Shown piece by piece: positions 21,601 through 33,227 of a DNA stretch of 64,000 bases. Positions within the stretch are counted from its first letter, which is position 1. Each line of letters begins with the position of its first letter. Where the stretch lies: assembly GCA_950097015.1 (NCBI GenBank), contig CATNEN010000006.1, positions 310,001 through 374,000 of the forward strand. Direction: 5' to 3'. This DNA comes from Macrostomum hystrix (taxonomy: Eukaryota; Animalia; Platyhelminthes). Below the pieces are notes generated by a model. The model saw only the letters and a list, made by a program, of their open reading frames with translations. It had not been told where the DNA came from and did not search any database. A program made the position numbers and the translations under genes.

Positions 21601-23216
21601 TTATCTGTTAAGGAGTTCATCTGTTCAGGAGTTCATCTGTTCAGGAGTTCATGTGTTCAGGAGTTCATCTGTTCAGGAGTTCATCTGTTCAGGAGTTCAT
21701 CTGTTCGGGAGTTCATCTGTTCAGGAGTTCATCTGTTCAGGAGTTCATCTGTTCGGGAGTTCATCTGTTCGGGAGTTTATCTGTTCAATGAGTTTATCTG
21801 TTCAATGAGTTTATCTGTTAAGGAGTTCATCTGTTCAGGAGTTCATCTGTTCAGGAGTTCATCTGTTCAGGAGTTCATCTGTTCAGGAGTTCATCTGTTC
21901 AGGAGTTCATCTGTTCAGGAGTTCATCTGTTCAGGAGTTCATCTGTTCAGGAGTTCGTGTGTTCAGGACAAACAAGTTTATCAGTATAGGCTCCTGCATA
22001 ACGTACCACAAATATATTGGGATCGCTAGAGCCAGCGTCGCGCCTAACAATGTCATGCCGGTTCGCTGCATTGTTGTTTCTTTGCCACTGCACTGTATTA
22101 TCCAGCAGCCGTATAGCAGCTCCAACTGGCACAACAGCCGAGAAGTCGAACACTGCTTCAAAAAGATAGTTTTGTTTCGTAAATATTTTTTACTGCGATA
22201 GATAAACATATAGACTCGGAAAAACGGATTGTTGCTTAATTTTTGTGTGCCAGTAAAAATAGCAAACATTGGGTAGGCCTATCAATGTTTGTCTGTATGT
22301 TTGATCATATGTAATCTTTAAACTGGCAACAAGTATAGGTAAAGTGGAAAGCAGGCTAAGGCTTGTGCTAGAAAACTTGGTATACACAAGACAAATATCA
22401 ATTAGGCCACTTGTTGCTGTTCATATAAATTTCCTATCCATAGCTCGAACATAGCATATTAGAACTATTTGTGTCTAAAAATGTTAGACACAAATTAGGA
22501 CAATGAAATTACTAATAACAATTTCCCCTATGTTAAAAATTATTCTTAACTGAAATTCATTTATGTTAGGCCTAGCCTTGCAAATGGTCAAAACCATGTA
22601 ATTAAGTGTGATTGCTAGGCCCAGCTAGTTGAAGTTTATTTATATAGATTATTTATATTATTGCCAACGTTACTTATATAAGATAGCAGAAAATCGTTTT
22701 TTTATAAATTAGCTAGCATTTCCCTTGACTATTTTTCTGACATATTATATATTATGTGGATATTATGTGGATTGTGGAAATATTATGACAAATCCATATA
22801 TGAAAAGCATACATAAAATGCTAGCTACTTGCTGAAATACATGAAATATTTTCCGAACATGCAGCATCATAGATTCATATATAGACAATTATCTGGATTT
22901 TTCACAATTTTTTTCTCTATCATAGTGAATTGTTTTGTGCTTATCGGCCTAGCTATGGCAATATTAGCTAGTCTGAATTCCACAAAAACAATCAACATTT
23001 TAGAGTTACTGGTAGTAGTAAGATTATTTGTCTGAAACATTTAGACTAACTTCTGTTGGTTGAAATCAATACAAAAGAGACTTCTCTTTACACCAGATTC
23101 AAGCTTGACTTACCAATGTTATCAGAAGTAGGGCCTGACACTGCAAGCACTACCGTTGTGTCCGCAAAGATGATCAGTAATAGCCAAAGTAAGAAAAATA
23201 TTTTTTTAACAACCAT
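12505..23216 (-). CDS. PLXDC: Plexin-domain-containing protein (PLXDC1/2, TEM7 family): signal peptide, extracellular core, PSI domain, TM helix, short cytoplasmic tail
   Basis: complement(join(12505..12679,13249..13409,13642..13788,15013..15161,15806..15901,16565..16661,16739..16803,16899..17072,19329..19398,19539..19679,22007..22152,23114..23216)); about 507 aa with all phases consistent. Family motifs recognised: [97 protein letters not shown]. Confidence 0.92.
12713..13238. repeat. 15-bp minisatellite in PLXDC intron
   Basis: unit gagcagtg(a/g)cag(t/a)at. Confidence 0.95.
13249..13409 (-). CDS. PLXDC: PLXDC exon: juxtamembrane and TM helix
   Basis: acgcag|GCC...CT|gtgagc; [22 protein letters not shown]. 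Confidence 0.88.
13642..13788 (-). CDS. PLXDC: PLXDC exon: Thr-rich stalk
   Basis: aattag|CTT...TGC|gtacga; [22 protein letters not shown]; the acceptor could instead be the in-frame aag 9 nt downstream. Confidence 0.75.
13985..14900. repeat. 16-bp G-rich minisatellite in PLXDC intron
   Basis: unit gggttggatggtt(a/g)gt. Confidence 0.97.
15013..15161 (-). CDS. PLXDC: PLXDC exon: PSI domain
   Basis: tcgcag|CC TGC...ACG|gtgggt; [10 protein letters not shown]...[27 protein letters not shown]. Confidence 0.92.
15206..15758. repeat. 20-bp minisatellite A in PLXDC intron; inverted relative to 17570-18820
   Basis: unit tcactctccttctacctctg. Confidence 0.97.
15806..15901 (-). CDS. PLXDC: PLXDC exon
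   Basis: ccccag|GT...A|gtgaga; [29 protein letters not shown]; phase 1/1. Confidence 0.85.
16165..16478. repeat. 20-bp minisatellite in PLXDC intron
   Basis: unit ggaccaatctaatgtggcag. Confidence 0.97.
16565..16661 (-). CDS. PLXDC: PLXDC exon
   Basis: cggcag|ATT...G|gtgagt; [25 protein letters not shown]. Confidence 0.9.
16739..16803 (-). CDS. PLXDC: PLXDC 65-nt exon, absent from the ORF track
   Basis: tttcag|TC GGG ACC...TCA|gtaagt; [21 protein letters not shown]. Confidence 0.9.
16899..17072 (-). CDS. PLXDC: PLXDC exon
   Basis: tttcag|GC TTT...C|gtgagt; [25 protein letters not shown]...WVRWENL. Confidence 0.92.
17305..17550 (-). mobile_element. SINE-like interspersed repeat with tRNA-like head, copy 1
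   Basis: Clear homology to 25028-25225 (aggtgtgtacatctgccctga; gcggctgcgccccaaacaaat; gaccttggtgcga; ccgctctg). The minus strand has an A-box-like CAGAGCGG, a B-box-like GCTCGATTCC and ends the head with GAGGCCA. Confidence 0.6.
17570..18820. repeat. 20-bp minisatellite B in PLXDC intron; reverse complement of array A
   Basis: unit cagaggtagaa(a/g)gagagtga. Confidence 0.97.
19329..19398 (-). CDS. PLXDC: PLXDC 70-nt exon, absent from the ORF track in this frame
   Basis: tcctag|ACT...G|gtgagt; [23 protein letters not shown]. Confidence 0.92.
19539..19679 (-). CDS. PLXDC: PLXDC exon
   Basis: tttcag|GAT...CTG|gtgagt; [10 protein letters not shown]...NNGRNLAL. Confidence 0.88.
19850..21965. repeat. 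16-bp minisatellite in PLXDC intron
   Basis: unit gttcaggagtt(c/t)atct. Confidence 0.98.
22007..22152 (-). CDS. PLXDC: PLXDC exon (acceptor uncertain: 22155, 22152 or 22125)
   Basis: ends GTG|gtacgt; ...[19 protein letters not shown]; three in-phase acceptors. Confidence 0.7.
23114..23216 (-). CDS. PLXDC: PLXDC first coding exon: signal peptide
   Basis: [35 protein letters not shown]|gtaagt; hydrophobic h-region; phase 1 matches the next exon. Confidence 0.7.
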
Positions 23217-23889
23217 AACTGTTGAATATAATGATGGCAAATAAAAACTGTATTTAAGAAACCTCTTATTAACCGGTTGTATAGCACAGTCCTCCGCACG
23301 TGTTAAAGAATCCAATAACCATTAAAAAAATGCGAAGAGTACAGTCCTTTAAATTGAATATGTTTTTGCTAGTAGAAACCAGTTTAACTAATTTAGTATT
23401 TCTCATTATTTCTAATGCAATTTTAGAGCTTAAAGATTACGTATGGTTATACATTTTTGTTTTTTTGGTAAAAAAAACACTTTTAGTAAATAAAAGCACA
23501 AATAAGTTTACGTCAAAAAACTTTACCATCATTGCACTGTTCAACATTTGTTTGACCTGGAAAGCAGAGCAATTCTTGTCAGTAGGAGTAGGTAGGAGTA
23601 GGTAACCTAAGATTCATTTAATACTTTGCTTTCGATTACATGATACCCGGAATTAGCATGAAATTAGTGCCAAAACAGGGGCAAAATGAATAAGCTCTTA
23701 ACTTGAACGCAGCTCGGAAAATGTGAATTATATATGAAGTTGTTGAAATAAATGCTCTATTTGTGCGCATCCGTGCCACGTTACCATTTTTTTATTAAGG
23801 AACATAAGTAACATAATCGTGTTTACTTACTGCTTACCTGTATTCCTCGAGTTTTGCAGGAAGTCGGCTTTAAAGAATAATAGTCGGCT

Positions 23890-24600
23890 TATTAATTTTC
23901 ACGCTTGGTGGCGTGGAAATTGGTCGCCCACCTCCGGCCTTTAGCGCAGGCCAGGTGCCAACGGCGTCGTCTCGCCATTGCCTGATTGAGCAGCAACTAA
24001 TATGGCTAACCCACAGGGGACGGCGGAGTGAGCAGGGCTCTGAACGACGACGGCATGACAGCGCTTTAAATGCCCGGCGCAAAGAGCTTCGCAACAACGC
24101 TCACCAAATCTCCAGGACTCGCGGCCTGTCCAGCCGGAGCCTCGAGGGCCGGCACTTCCACCTCATCCGGCTCCACGCAATGCACGTGCAAGTGAGAACA
24201 GACCAGGAGACAAGTCGACCACTATCATTTTCGGCCCAATTTCGGCTCGCCATCTTCAATGCCCGAACCCTCAGTCATCCATAGAGGCTGCAGGAGCTGA
24301 CTCGGTTGGCAGCTGACCTGGGTATCTCTGTTCTGGCTGTCTTCTGCCCCTTTGCTCTCCGGTCTAGAGTGCGCAGGGTGACCAACGATCGCCCAATTTG
24401 CGTGAAGTCTGACCACAGTCTGTGGGCGTGTGACATCGACCATGAAACGCTGGCCTAAGCTGAAGCCTTCCCCGGCTCAACCGCCGGGGAGCCGCTCAAG
24501 GGAGGTGGAGCCGATCCTACTGTACGGCATGGAAGCTGTGCCGATGACCGACACACGAGAGCGAGCCCTGCACGCGCTCTACTGGTCCCAGCTGCCAAGA
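23890..24600 (+). mobile_element. Internally deleted non-LTR (APE endonuclease + RT) retrotransposon relic, possibly RTE-like
   Basis: FRLAIFNARTL..*RLQEL..LAADLGISVLAV (APE N-terminus, in-frame TAG) runs directly into RPICVKSDHSL (APE C-terminal SDH motif). After a frameshift comes EPILLYGMEAVPMTDTRERAL, resembling the LLYGxE post-RT motif. The 5' boundary is approximate. Confidence 0.65.
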
Positions 24601-25027
24601 GACAATAGCATTCTGCGAGATGCACATGCCAACTCTTTTGATGTGTGCCGCTCAGTGCCGGCTTTCATATTTATAATTTATTGTATTAAAAGATGAATTG
24701 ATCAAAAAGGCTTTCATCTGCTCACAATGCAGCATCAATTCAACTGTTCTATTCGTCTCTGAATTGCCAATTCATTGCTGAGAAATTGTCTGAAGTCTGA
24801 ATTCCTACATTTCAATTCGAGCAGTTTTTTCAAACAAATAGAGCCACAGATTTTAAAGCAGGCTTTCAATTGAAAAATTGTCATACAATAAGACTTAACT
24901 GTGTGCTGCTTGCTTTCAATAATAATACTAATTGCATGGGGCCTGTGGGCAATGGCACATCATTTGGTGACACTAGGCCCGCAGCCAGCGAGGAGGCAAT
25001 TCTGTCTATTTCGCTTACTCCTGTAGG

Positions 25028-25225
25028 AGCACTCACGCAGACATACGCTCGTATACGAGGTGTGTACATCTGCCCTGAATTTTTCATCGGCAGGCAGTGT
25101 ACACTCTCACGTCAAAGCCCCCAAGCATTCTCTCCGCGGCTGCGCCCCAAACAAATCTGGCCTCGACGCGGAATCGACCTTGGTGCGATAGGCAAATGCG
25201 TTAATAAACCCGCTCTGACACTCAC
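25028..25225 (-). mobile_element. SINE-like interspersed repeat, copy 2
   Basis: Homologous to 17305-17550 but lacks a ~40-nt internal segment and part of the B-box region; A-box-like TGTCAGAGCGG. Confidence 0.6.
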
Positions 25226-27079
25226 CCCCTGCTGCTTGACTGTACTGTAAATTACAGTGCACAGTAAATTTTTGACGGTGGTTGCTTATTAAAAATCAAA
25301 CTGAACTGCAGGTTCTCATTTTAAATAAACTCCTATCGCTATATTGTTGGTGACTGCAGCTGCGGCATAGATTGATAGATAATCAAATTGTTTGGTTCAG
25401 TCTAATACGCTCGTAGCGCTTCTAGATTTTAAGCGAAAACGTTAATTAATCTCAATCCAAAACCGCGGCAGTATTTGAATCCGCACGCAAATTATTTTTT
25501 TAGTTATTAAAAATTTAGAGGCTCAGAAAATCAACAATTTATTGCGCCAATTCAATATTTGCTATTCCAGGAAATTGTTTTCGCGCTTAAAGCCGCGGCA
25601 GTTCCATTCGCCTCTCTCCGTGGGAGCTTTCTGGGTCTCTAGCGTGTGCGGGATGCAGAACTGGGATAAATGCCGAGAGCTAGCTTATGGTATTGCCCTT
25701 CACATTGCCTCCTACAGCTAGCTGTGGCCTCCTCAACCAGCCAGCCACAAGCACTTGAATCGAGTGCCTCGGAATAATTGAGCGACTCTGCATTGGGGAC
25801 GAATGAGCTGAGAGAAGCATTAAAAATTCGTAGCATATTTTCAGGGGGTCTGAGTAAAGCACTCTGCTCAGTCGCTGTGAGATGGGTTGGGGGGATTGGC
25901 TAGCCTAAGCAACAGACTGCAGCACAGGGCTGGCGGATTGTGGAGCAAGTGGAGCGACCGCTGCCACAGTGAGCAGGAAATGAAGGCCTAAAAAAGTATA
26001 GCCGAAGCAGATCGCTGCTACAGAATTTCCCATCAAGCCGAATGTAGCTGAATGCAGCCCCAAGCCTTCCCCTGCCATCTCTCTCTCCCCCTCTAGTTTT
26101 CCCATTTCGCTTAGCCCCAGGGTCCAGTTTGCCAGCTGCTTTATCGCTTCGAAAAAAATAGTGGCATAGAGAAAGACAGAGCGAGTGGAGGAAAGGGGAA
26201 GACCTGGCTCCCAGAAGACTTATCCTTTGGCTCGCTTGTGTTTACAAATGGTTCCAGCTTTCCTCTCTCTCTCTATCCTCTATCCTGTTCCTATCTCCCC
26301 TGTCTCAGGTCTCCCTGGAGAGAGGAGGAAAGAGACTTAGCTAGAAAGAAAAGCCTGGTCTTATCTTTAGTTGCCAAGTGCTGCAAGCGCGGCTGCTGCT
26401 GCTGTTGCTGGCAGTCTGTTGCTAATACTCAATTGACTATAATAAATACACTTGGGAAAATCACACAGCGCGTGCAGGTAAAACTAAAAACTGAAAGAGG
26501 GGCACTGAGCGGACTGGGCGGCAATCGATAATACACCTGCATGGCCTAAGCACTCAATGCTCAAAAGATTGACGGCTGAGCACAGGGGATGTATGGGGTG
26601 GGTTGGGGTAGAAATTCTACGCTTAGAAAAAGGAGCGGAAATCAATTTTAGCGAGCAGAGCTTCTCAGTAAAAAGTGCGACTTTGTCGCTGAGAATGTTA
26701 TATATCTTAGGATGGACTTCACTTTATTCACAAGGATTATTCGCACCGCCTGTGTCCTGCCCACTGGCCTATAGAGGCCGCAGTGACTCAAGGGCAAAGC
26801 GATCGATTGGCCTCTCCTTCTGGCAGGCAGCAGACTCATTCAACCTGCTCAAAATGCCATTTGAGTGGCGTGCAATTCTGCCAGATGGTTTTGCATGCCA
26901 ACCACGCCGTGCAAATACCATCCCAGCTGCCCATTATCACCGACTATTTCTCTTCCCTGCTCAACTATCAGCTTTCAACTATTAGGTTTTCATCCTGCTC
27001 ATTCGATCACTCACACCCCTCCCAAAATTTCTCTCTTGCCCCCTCCCTTCATACACATTCTCTTCTTTCCTGACTATTC

Positions 27080-27635
27080 TCTCCTCTCCTCTCCTCTCCT
27101 CTCCTCTCCTCTCCTCTCCTCTCCTCTCCTCTCCTCTCCTCTCCTCTCCTCTCCTCTCCTCTCCTCTCCTCTCCTCTCCTCTCCTCTCCTCTCCTCTCCT
27201 CTCCTCTCCTCTCCTCTCCTCTCCTCTCCTCTCCTCTCCTCTCCTCGCCTCTCCTCTCCTCGCCTCTCCTCTCCTCGCCTCTCCTCTCCTCTCCTCTCCT
27301 CTCCTCTCCTCTCCTCTCCTCTCCTCTCCTCTCCTCTCCTCTCCTCTCCTCTCCTCTCCTCTCCTCTCCTCTCCTCGCCTCTCCTCTCCTCGCCTCTCCT
27401 CTCCTCGCCTCTCCTCTCCTCCCTCTCCTCTCCTCTCCTCTCCTCTACTCTCCTCTTCTCTCCTGTTCTCTCCTCTTATCTCCGCTTATCTCCTCTTTTC
27501 TCCTCTTTTCTCCACTTATCTCCTCTTATCTCCCCTTACATCCTCTCCTCTCTTCTCCTGTCCTCTTCTCTCCTCTCCTCTCTTCTCCTCTCCTCTCCTC
27601 TCCTCTCCTCTCCTCTCCTCTCCTCTCCTCTCCTC
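27080..27635. repeat. (CTCCT)n pentanucleotide microsatellite
   Basis: near-perfect run that degenerates at the 3' end. Confidence 0.98.
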
Positions 27636-27950
27636 TACACACACACACCTGCAGGCCCGATTGCATCCTGCATGGCGCTTCTCAGTTAATCAAATTAATA
27701 AAGGATATGTCCAACGAACAGATGCTGTTCCTCATTCCCAGTTTCTCCTAAGTCCCTTAGCTAGCATCCCCAGCAATCAGTTAATCACATTTATCCCTTT
27801 CGCCCACCGCTAATCCCATCAGATGCCGACTCCTTCCCTTTCTCCGGCCGGTCGCATCAGAATTTGCCCCATCCGCCTGACGAGATCTTCGCAACCAATT
27901 GGGCTCAAGTTTTGTGAAGAGTGATATTGTTCTACGTTTCTGTTTAAAAC

Positions 27951-28632
27951 TCACACCCATACTCACACCCATACTCACACCCATACTCACACCCATACTC
28001 ACACCCATACTCACACCCATACTCACATCCATACTCACACCCATACTCACACCCATACTCACACCCATACTCACACCCATACTCACACCCATACTCACAC
28101 CCATACTCACATCCATACTCACACCCATACTCACACCCATACTCACACCCATACTCACACCCATACTCACACCCATACTCACACCCATACTCACACCCAT
28201 ACTCACACCCATACTCACACCCATACTCACACCCATACTCACACCCATACTCACACCCATACTCACACCCATACTCACACCCATACTCACACCCATACTC
28301 ACACCCATACTCACACCCATACTCACACCCATACTCACACCCATACTCACACCCATACTCACACCCATACTCACACCCATACTCACACCCATACTCACAC
28401 CCATACTCACACCCATACTCACACCCATACTCACACCCATACTCACACCCATACTCACACCCATACTCACACCCATACTCACACCCATACTCACACCCAT
28501 ACTCACACCCATACTCACACCCATACTCACACCCATACTCACACCCATACTCACACCCATACTCACACCCATACTCACACCCATTCTCACACCCATACTC
28601 ACACCCATACTCACACCCATACTCACACCCAT
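27951..28632. repeat. 12-bp minisatellite
   Basis: unit actcacacccat. Confidence 0.98.
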
Positions 28633-29269
28633 TCTCGGACAGTGCTTCCGAAACAGACTTTAAATCTTACAGACTACCGAACAGAATTATCGAATGCCAG
28701 ACAGGTGCGACTCAAGAGTAAAGTTCAATGGCATGATGGAGCAGACAGGAACCTGGGACATAAATCACAGGTGGTTTCCTATTTGGCCAATAAAACAGCT
28801 CTTCCTGCTGCTGCTGAAAATTGCTTTCAGGCGATAAATTCTGCTAAGAGAGAGAAGTAACTCTGAGCCATGTGCAGATTTTTCGCTCGAATTGGCTCTG
28901 AAGAGCTCGGGTGAAGGGCAAAAGCAGATTTATTAAACCGTAAGGCTTCCATTACCGGCTATACGAGAGCTGCCTCAAGCATAGAGTGTCGTCATCCCTA
29001 CCCCACCCGGTCAGTGAACCCTGCAGGACACAGGCTTGGGCGGATACGTGAGGCCTAGTAAAATTGAAAAATAGTTTTTTTTTCAAAGATAACAAGCTAA
29101 TCCGATGAGGCGACCGGAATTCGGATCCAATTTTCTCTTTTGAAATTGACAATTCTGATAAAAACGGCTATTTCTTAGATCGGGTACCATGAATAATCAA
29201 TTGCATGCTAATTCAAACTAGGCCCTCGTTACATAATCTTCTGACCATGTTACTTCTACGAAACACAGA

Positions 29270-30470
29270 CGACCGCCTCAGCCTTCAGTGGCATCCAAGA
29301 GATTTCTAGGAAACCCAAACGACCGCCTCAACCGTCAGTGGCATGCAAGCCATTTCTAGGAAATCCAGACGACCTCCTAATCCTTCAGTGGCGTCCAAGC
29401 CATTTCTAGGAAACCCTGACGACCTCCTAATCCTTCAGTGGCGTCCAAGCCATTTCTATGAAAATCAGACGACCTCCTAATCCTTCAGTGGCGTCCAAGC
29501 CATTTCTATGAAAATCAGACGACCTCCTAATCCTTCAGTGGCGTCCAAGCCATTTCTATGAAAATCAGACGACCTCCTAATCCTTCAGTGGCGTCCAAGC
29601 CATTTCTATGAAAATCAGACGACCTCCTAATCCTTCAGTGGCGTCCAAGCCATTTCTAGGAAACCCTGACGACCTCCTAATCCTTCAGTGGCGTCCAAGT
29701 CATTTCTAGGAAATCCAGACGACCTCCTAATCCTTCAGTGGCGTCCAAGCCATTTCTAGGAAACCCAGACGACCTCCTAATCCTTCAGTGGCGTCCAAGC
29801 CATTTCTAGGAAATCCAGACGACCTCCTAATCCTTCAGTGGCGTCCAAGCCATTTCTAGGAAACCCAGACGACCGCCTCAGCCTTCAGTGGCATCCAAGC
29901 CATTTCTATGAAAATGAGACGACCTCCTAATCCTTCAGTGGCGTCCAAGCCATTTCTAGGAAATCCAGACGACCTCCTAATCCTTCAGTGGCGTCCAAGC
30001 CATTTCTAGGAAACCCAGACGACCGCCTCAGCCTTCAGTGGCATCCAAGCCATTTCTATGAAAATGAGACGACCTCCTAATCCTTCAGTGGCGTCCAAGC
30101 CATTTCTAGGAAACCAGACGACCGCCTCATCCTTCAGTGGCATCCAAGTCATTTCTAGGAAAACCAGACCACCTCATCAGCCCTCAGCGGCATCCAAGCA
30201 ATTTCTAGGAAACCTGACGACCTCCTCATCCTTCAGTGACGTCCAAGCCATTTCTAGTAAAACCAGACGACCGCCCCATCCTTCAGTGGCTTCCAAGGAC
30301 ATTTCTAGGAAACCAGATGACCGCCCATCCTTCAGTGGCTTCCAAGGCCATTTCTAGGAGACCCAGACGACCTTCTCATCCTTCAGTGGCTTCCAAACCA
30401 TTTCTAGGAAAACCAGATAACTCTCTAGGAAAACCACTGAATCCTTCAGTGGTTTCTAAACCATTTCTAG
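29270..30470. repeat. ~50-bp minisatellite
   Basis: unit ccttcagtggcgtccaagccatttctaggaaatccagacgacctcctaat. Confidence 0.96.
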
Positions 30471-31954
30471 GAAACCAGTTGACTAGGCATGCAGTAAAGT
30501 TCAAGTGTAACAACAGTGTACTTTTACCCTACAGTAATGAAACCTCCCAAATCCGCCGGTTATTCAAAGTACTGGAGGATATCGCACTAATTTTATGCAT
30601 TCCTTTTCGCCTGGGCCTTTTTAAGTGGCTTCAGATCCAGGTCAGCGTTTTGTGGGAGCATTGTGTGCACAGCATGCTTTAGAAATTGTCTCCCTATGTC
30701 TCCACTGTCAATCGGACAATAGACACTGCTGCATCGATATTGCTTCATTGTCTAGCCTCGAGAGACAGAGAGACAGCCTGCTGCTTCAGGTCAAGGACGA
30801 CGACACGCTTGAGACACGACTCAGAGCAGCAGCAAGGTAACCACTCTCAGGATGCAACTTTTTTTGTCAGGTGATTCAACCCAGTTCGCGAACTCAGATC
30901 CCTTCAAACCAGACCCTTCTCCTGTGAAGCAAATCGAACTAGCAAATGGATAGAAAAAAGTCGTCCATTTTCTTTCTTATATTTCATGCCACGGAGTTAG
31001 GCGCAGTCACCCGAAGTCTGAAAGCAAACCTGATAGATCCACAACTCAATGCTTAATTATAGACGGTGATATCGAGATAGAATGATAGCGACCGACGGCC
31101 TCATTATTCCCATCATTTAGTTTCTCGGGTTTATCTCACAAGCCGCACCCGCGCCATCGATTCCGCAAATCTGTCTCGGCAGTCTCGCCATTGCCAAAGC
31201 TGACTGTGCGGGCTAGCAGCTCCGCCACCGGGGACTTGAGTCGGGTTACTCAAACCCGTGCCCCGGGAAGCTGGGGAATGGATGCTATTGATTTTTGCTT
31301 AGCAGACACGCATAGGAAGCTGGAGACTGAAACTACTGTGACAGACAACCAGAGATGCGGCACTGGATATCGCCATGCCGCGGTGTTTGTTTCGGCTCTG
31401 CTAGGGACTGCTCCAGCAGGGGGGTGGGTGGTGACAGGAAGCCAGCCTGTGTGCCGATGGCAGCTGGTTCAGGAGGGGGTGGGTGATTGGGCGGCTTCCT
31501 TCTTTACTGCTGCCTTCGACCGACACCCGTGTAAGCCCTCTCCGCTTCCCTGTCAGTGACCCCCGGGGGCGCGCCTCGTCCCGCCCCGAAATCCCACCCG
31601 CCCTGCCGCCCTCCACCCTACCAGCGACAGTTTATTTGCCTAGTGTCAGCTTCCTCTCTCATCTCCGCTTTGCATAGATGAGGTCTAAGGCTGCCACTGC
31701 TGCTGCTGCTTCTGTGTGACTGGCTTAGGTAGCGGAGGGGGTAGTACCGACGCGCTAGGCGAGAAAAATCGTAGAGTGTTCTGCCGCGATATTTCCAATT
31801 CAGAAGCAGAAAATGTTCAAATGGTTGCTGGATGGATCTATACAATGTCCATTGACTCTCATTGGGGGGTGGTGGGTTAACTTAGATCGTCAGAACAAGA
31901 AAGCTCAAATAAATTAAAGACCTTGCTAAATAAGCAGCCCTTACAGATATCACA

Positions 31955-32030
31955 GATAGTGACAGAATGTTAGTGACAGAATGTTAGTGACAGAATGTTA
32001 GTGACAGAATGTCTGTGACAGAATGTCTAG
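31955..32030. repeat. Short 14-bp tandem repeat
   Basis: unit agtgacagaatgtt, about 5 copies. Confidence 0.85.
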
Positions 32031-33227
32031 ATCTAAGACAGGATTTCTTAGTTTGGGCTGTCCCGATACAATGCCTATGATCTGGGATACTATGGCTCAC
32101 AATACACCGTGATTGAGGATATCCTCCACAAAAGAAGACTAACGATAGTAGCGGATTTTTTAAATAAATATTTTGATACTTACTCATCTGAGTGTCATTG
32201 TCATAATGGCAGCACGGAATAATTTTTCCTTTGCGAAATCGAATCGCTACATTGGTTGCCTGTGACTGTTGCAGAATGTTGCAGTTGTAGTCAAACCCTC
32301 CTATGATGAGTCTTTATCCTCTCTTATTTCTTGATGTTTTCCCTCTTGTGGGTGTCATTTTGCTCCCATCCGTTTGATTAGTTTTTTCATCTTGATCTAT
32401 TTTTTTTCATTCGGAAACCAAATGAGATCTGCCCGCCCCGGACTGCAGACTGCAGCAGGTGATCATTAAAGCTGATCCGAATTAGGTCGAATACAGAAGC
32501 TTTAGTAGCCATTGGAGACATGATGATGATAGAAAATAAATCAGAGACAGGCCTGATCCCGGATCCCGGAACGGAAATCAGTGTCAGTAGGGGCCGCATA
32601 GAGGATTTTTGATGTCATCGCGCGCCAGATGAAGGAGATTAAATGTCAAAAAAAAATTTTTGCTCCAGCCACCCCTCCGCCTCCCAATCCCAAAGCTGGC
32701 ATTCGTCCCCAGAATTTCATTTCTACAGAATCTGAGCTGGACAAAACAAAATACACAAACACAGCGCGACAGGGATTCCCGATTTCCCCTCTGAGGATAA
32801 GCTGGTAGAGATATAGACACGGGATGGGATGGCGTAGACAAAGTTAAACTTGTTCCCATCGGCTTTGGGCCTCCCAATCGGTTGGGTAGAGGCGGCTTGT
32901 TTTGCAAATGTCAGGCGCCGGCCCGCTGTTCCAATGCATCTGCCGCAATGCATCTGCCCTTGAATTAGTTGGTGGCTCTGTTAAACAAAACAGCGCACCG
33001 GCCTGGCCACGAACTTTTATAGGCGTACAAAAACTGGCCCACCGCGCTGAAGGCGAAATGGTAAAAAGTTGAATGGAACCTCCGCTGCGATACCCATCGC
33101 CTAAACAGAGCCTGCCTGCTGCACTGGTCCTCGGCCTCAATATCGGATAAAGAATTTTGTTGAAGTTCTACCAGCTAATCCTTGAAGGTGCTGAATCCAA
33201 AGCGCTAACCAGATCGAACACACAACT

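Noticed and set aside
23900-24020. HDV-like ribozyme at the 5' end of the retro-relic (GGCTAA motif after a small hairpin)
   Set aside because: Such ribozymes are known in RTE-type elements, but I could not build P1, P2, P3 and P1.1 pairings by hand. An RNArobo/Infernal search would settle it.
30151-30180. Hammerhead-like CTGATGA...GAAA on the minus strand
   Set aside because: It occurs in one variant unit only, stem II is not properly closed, and there are no stems I or III.
30790-30836. 47-nt micro-exon (ttcag|...|gtaacc)
   Set aside because: No partner exons or homology were found; such splice-like pairs are common by chance.
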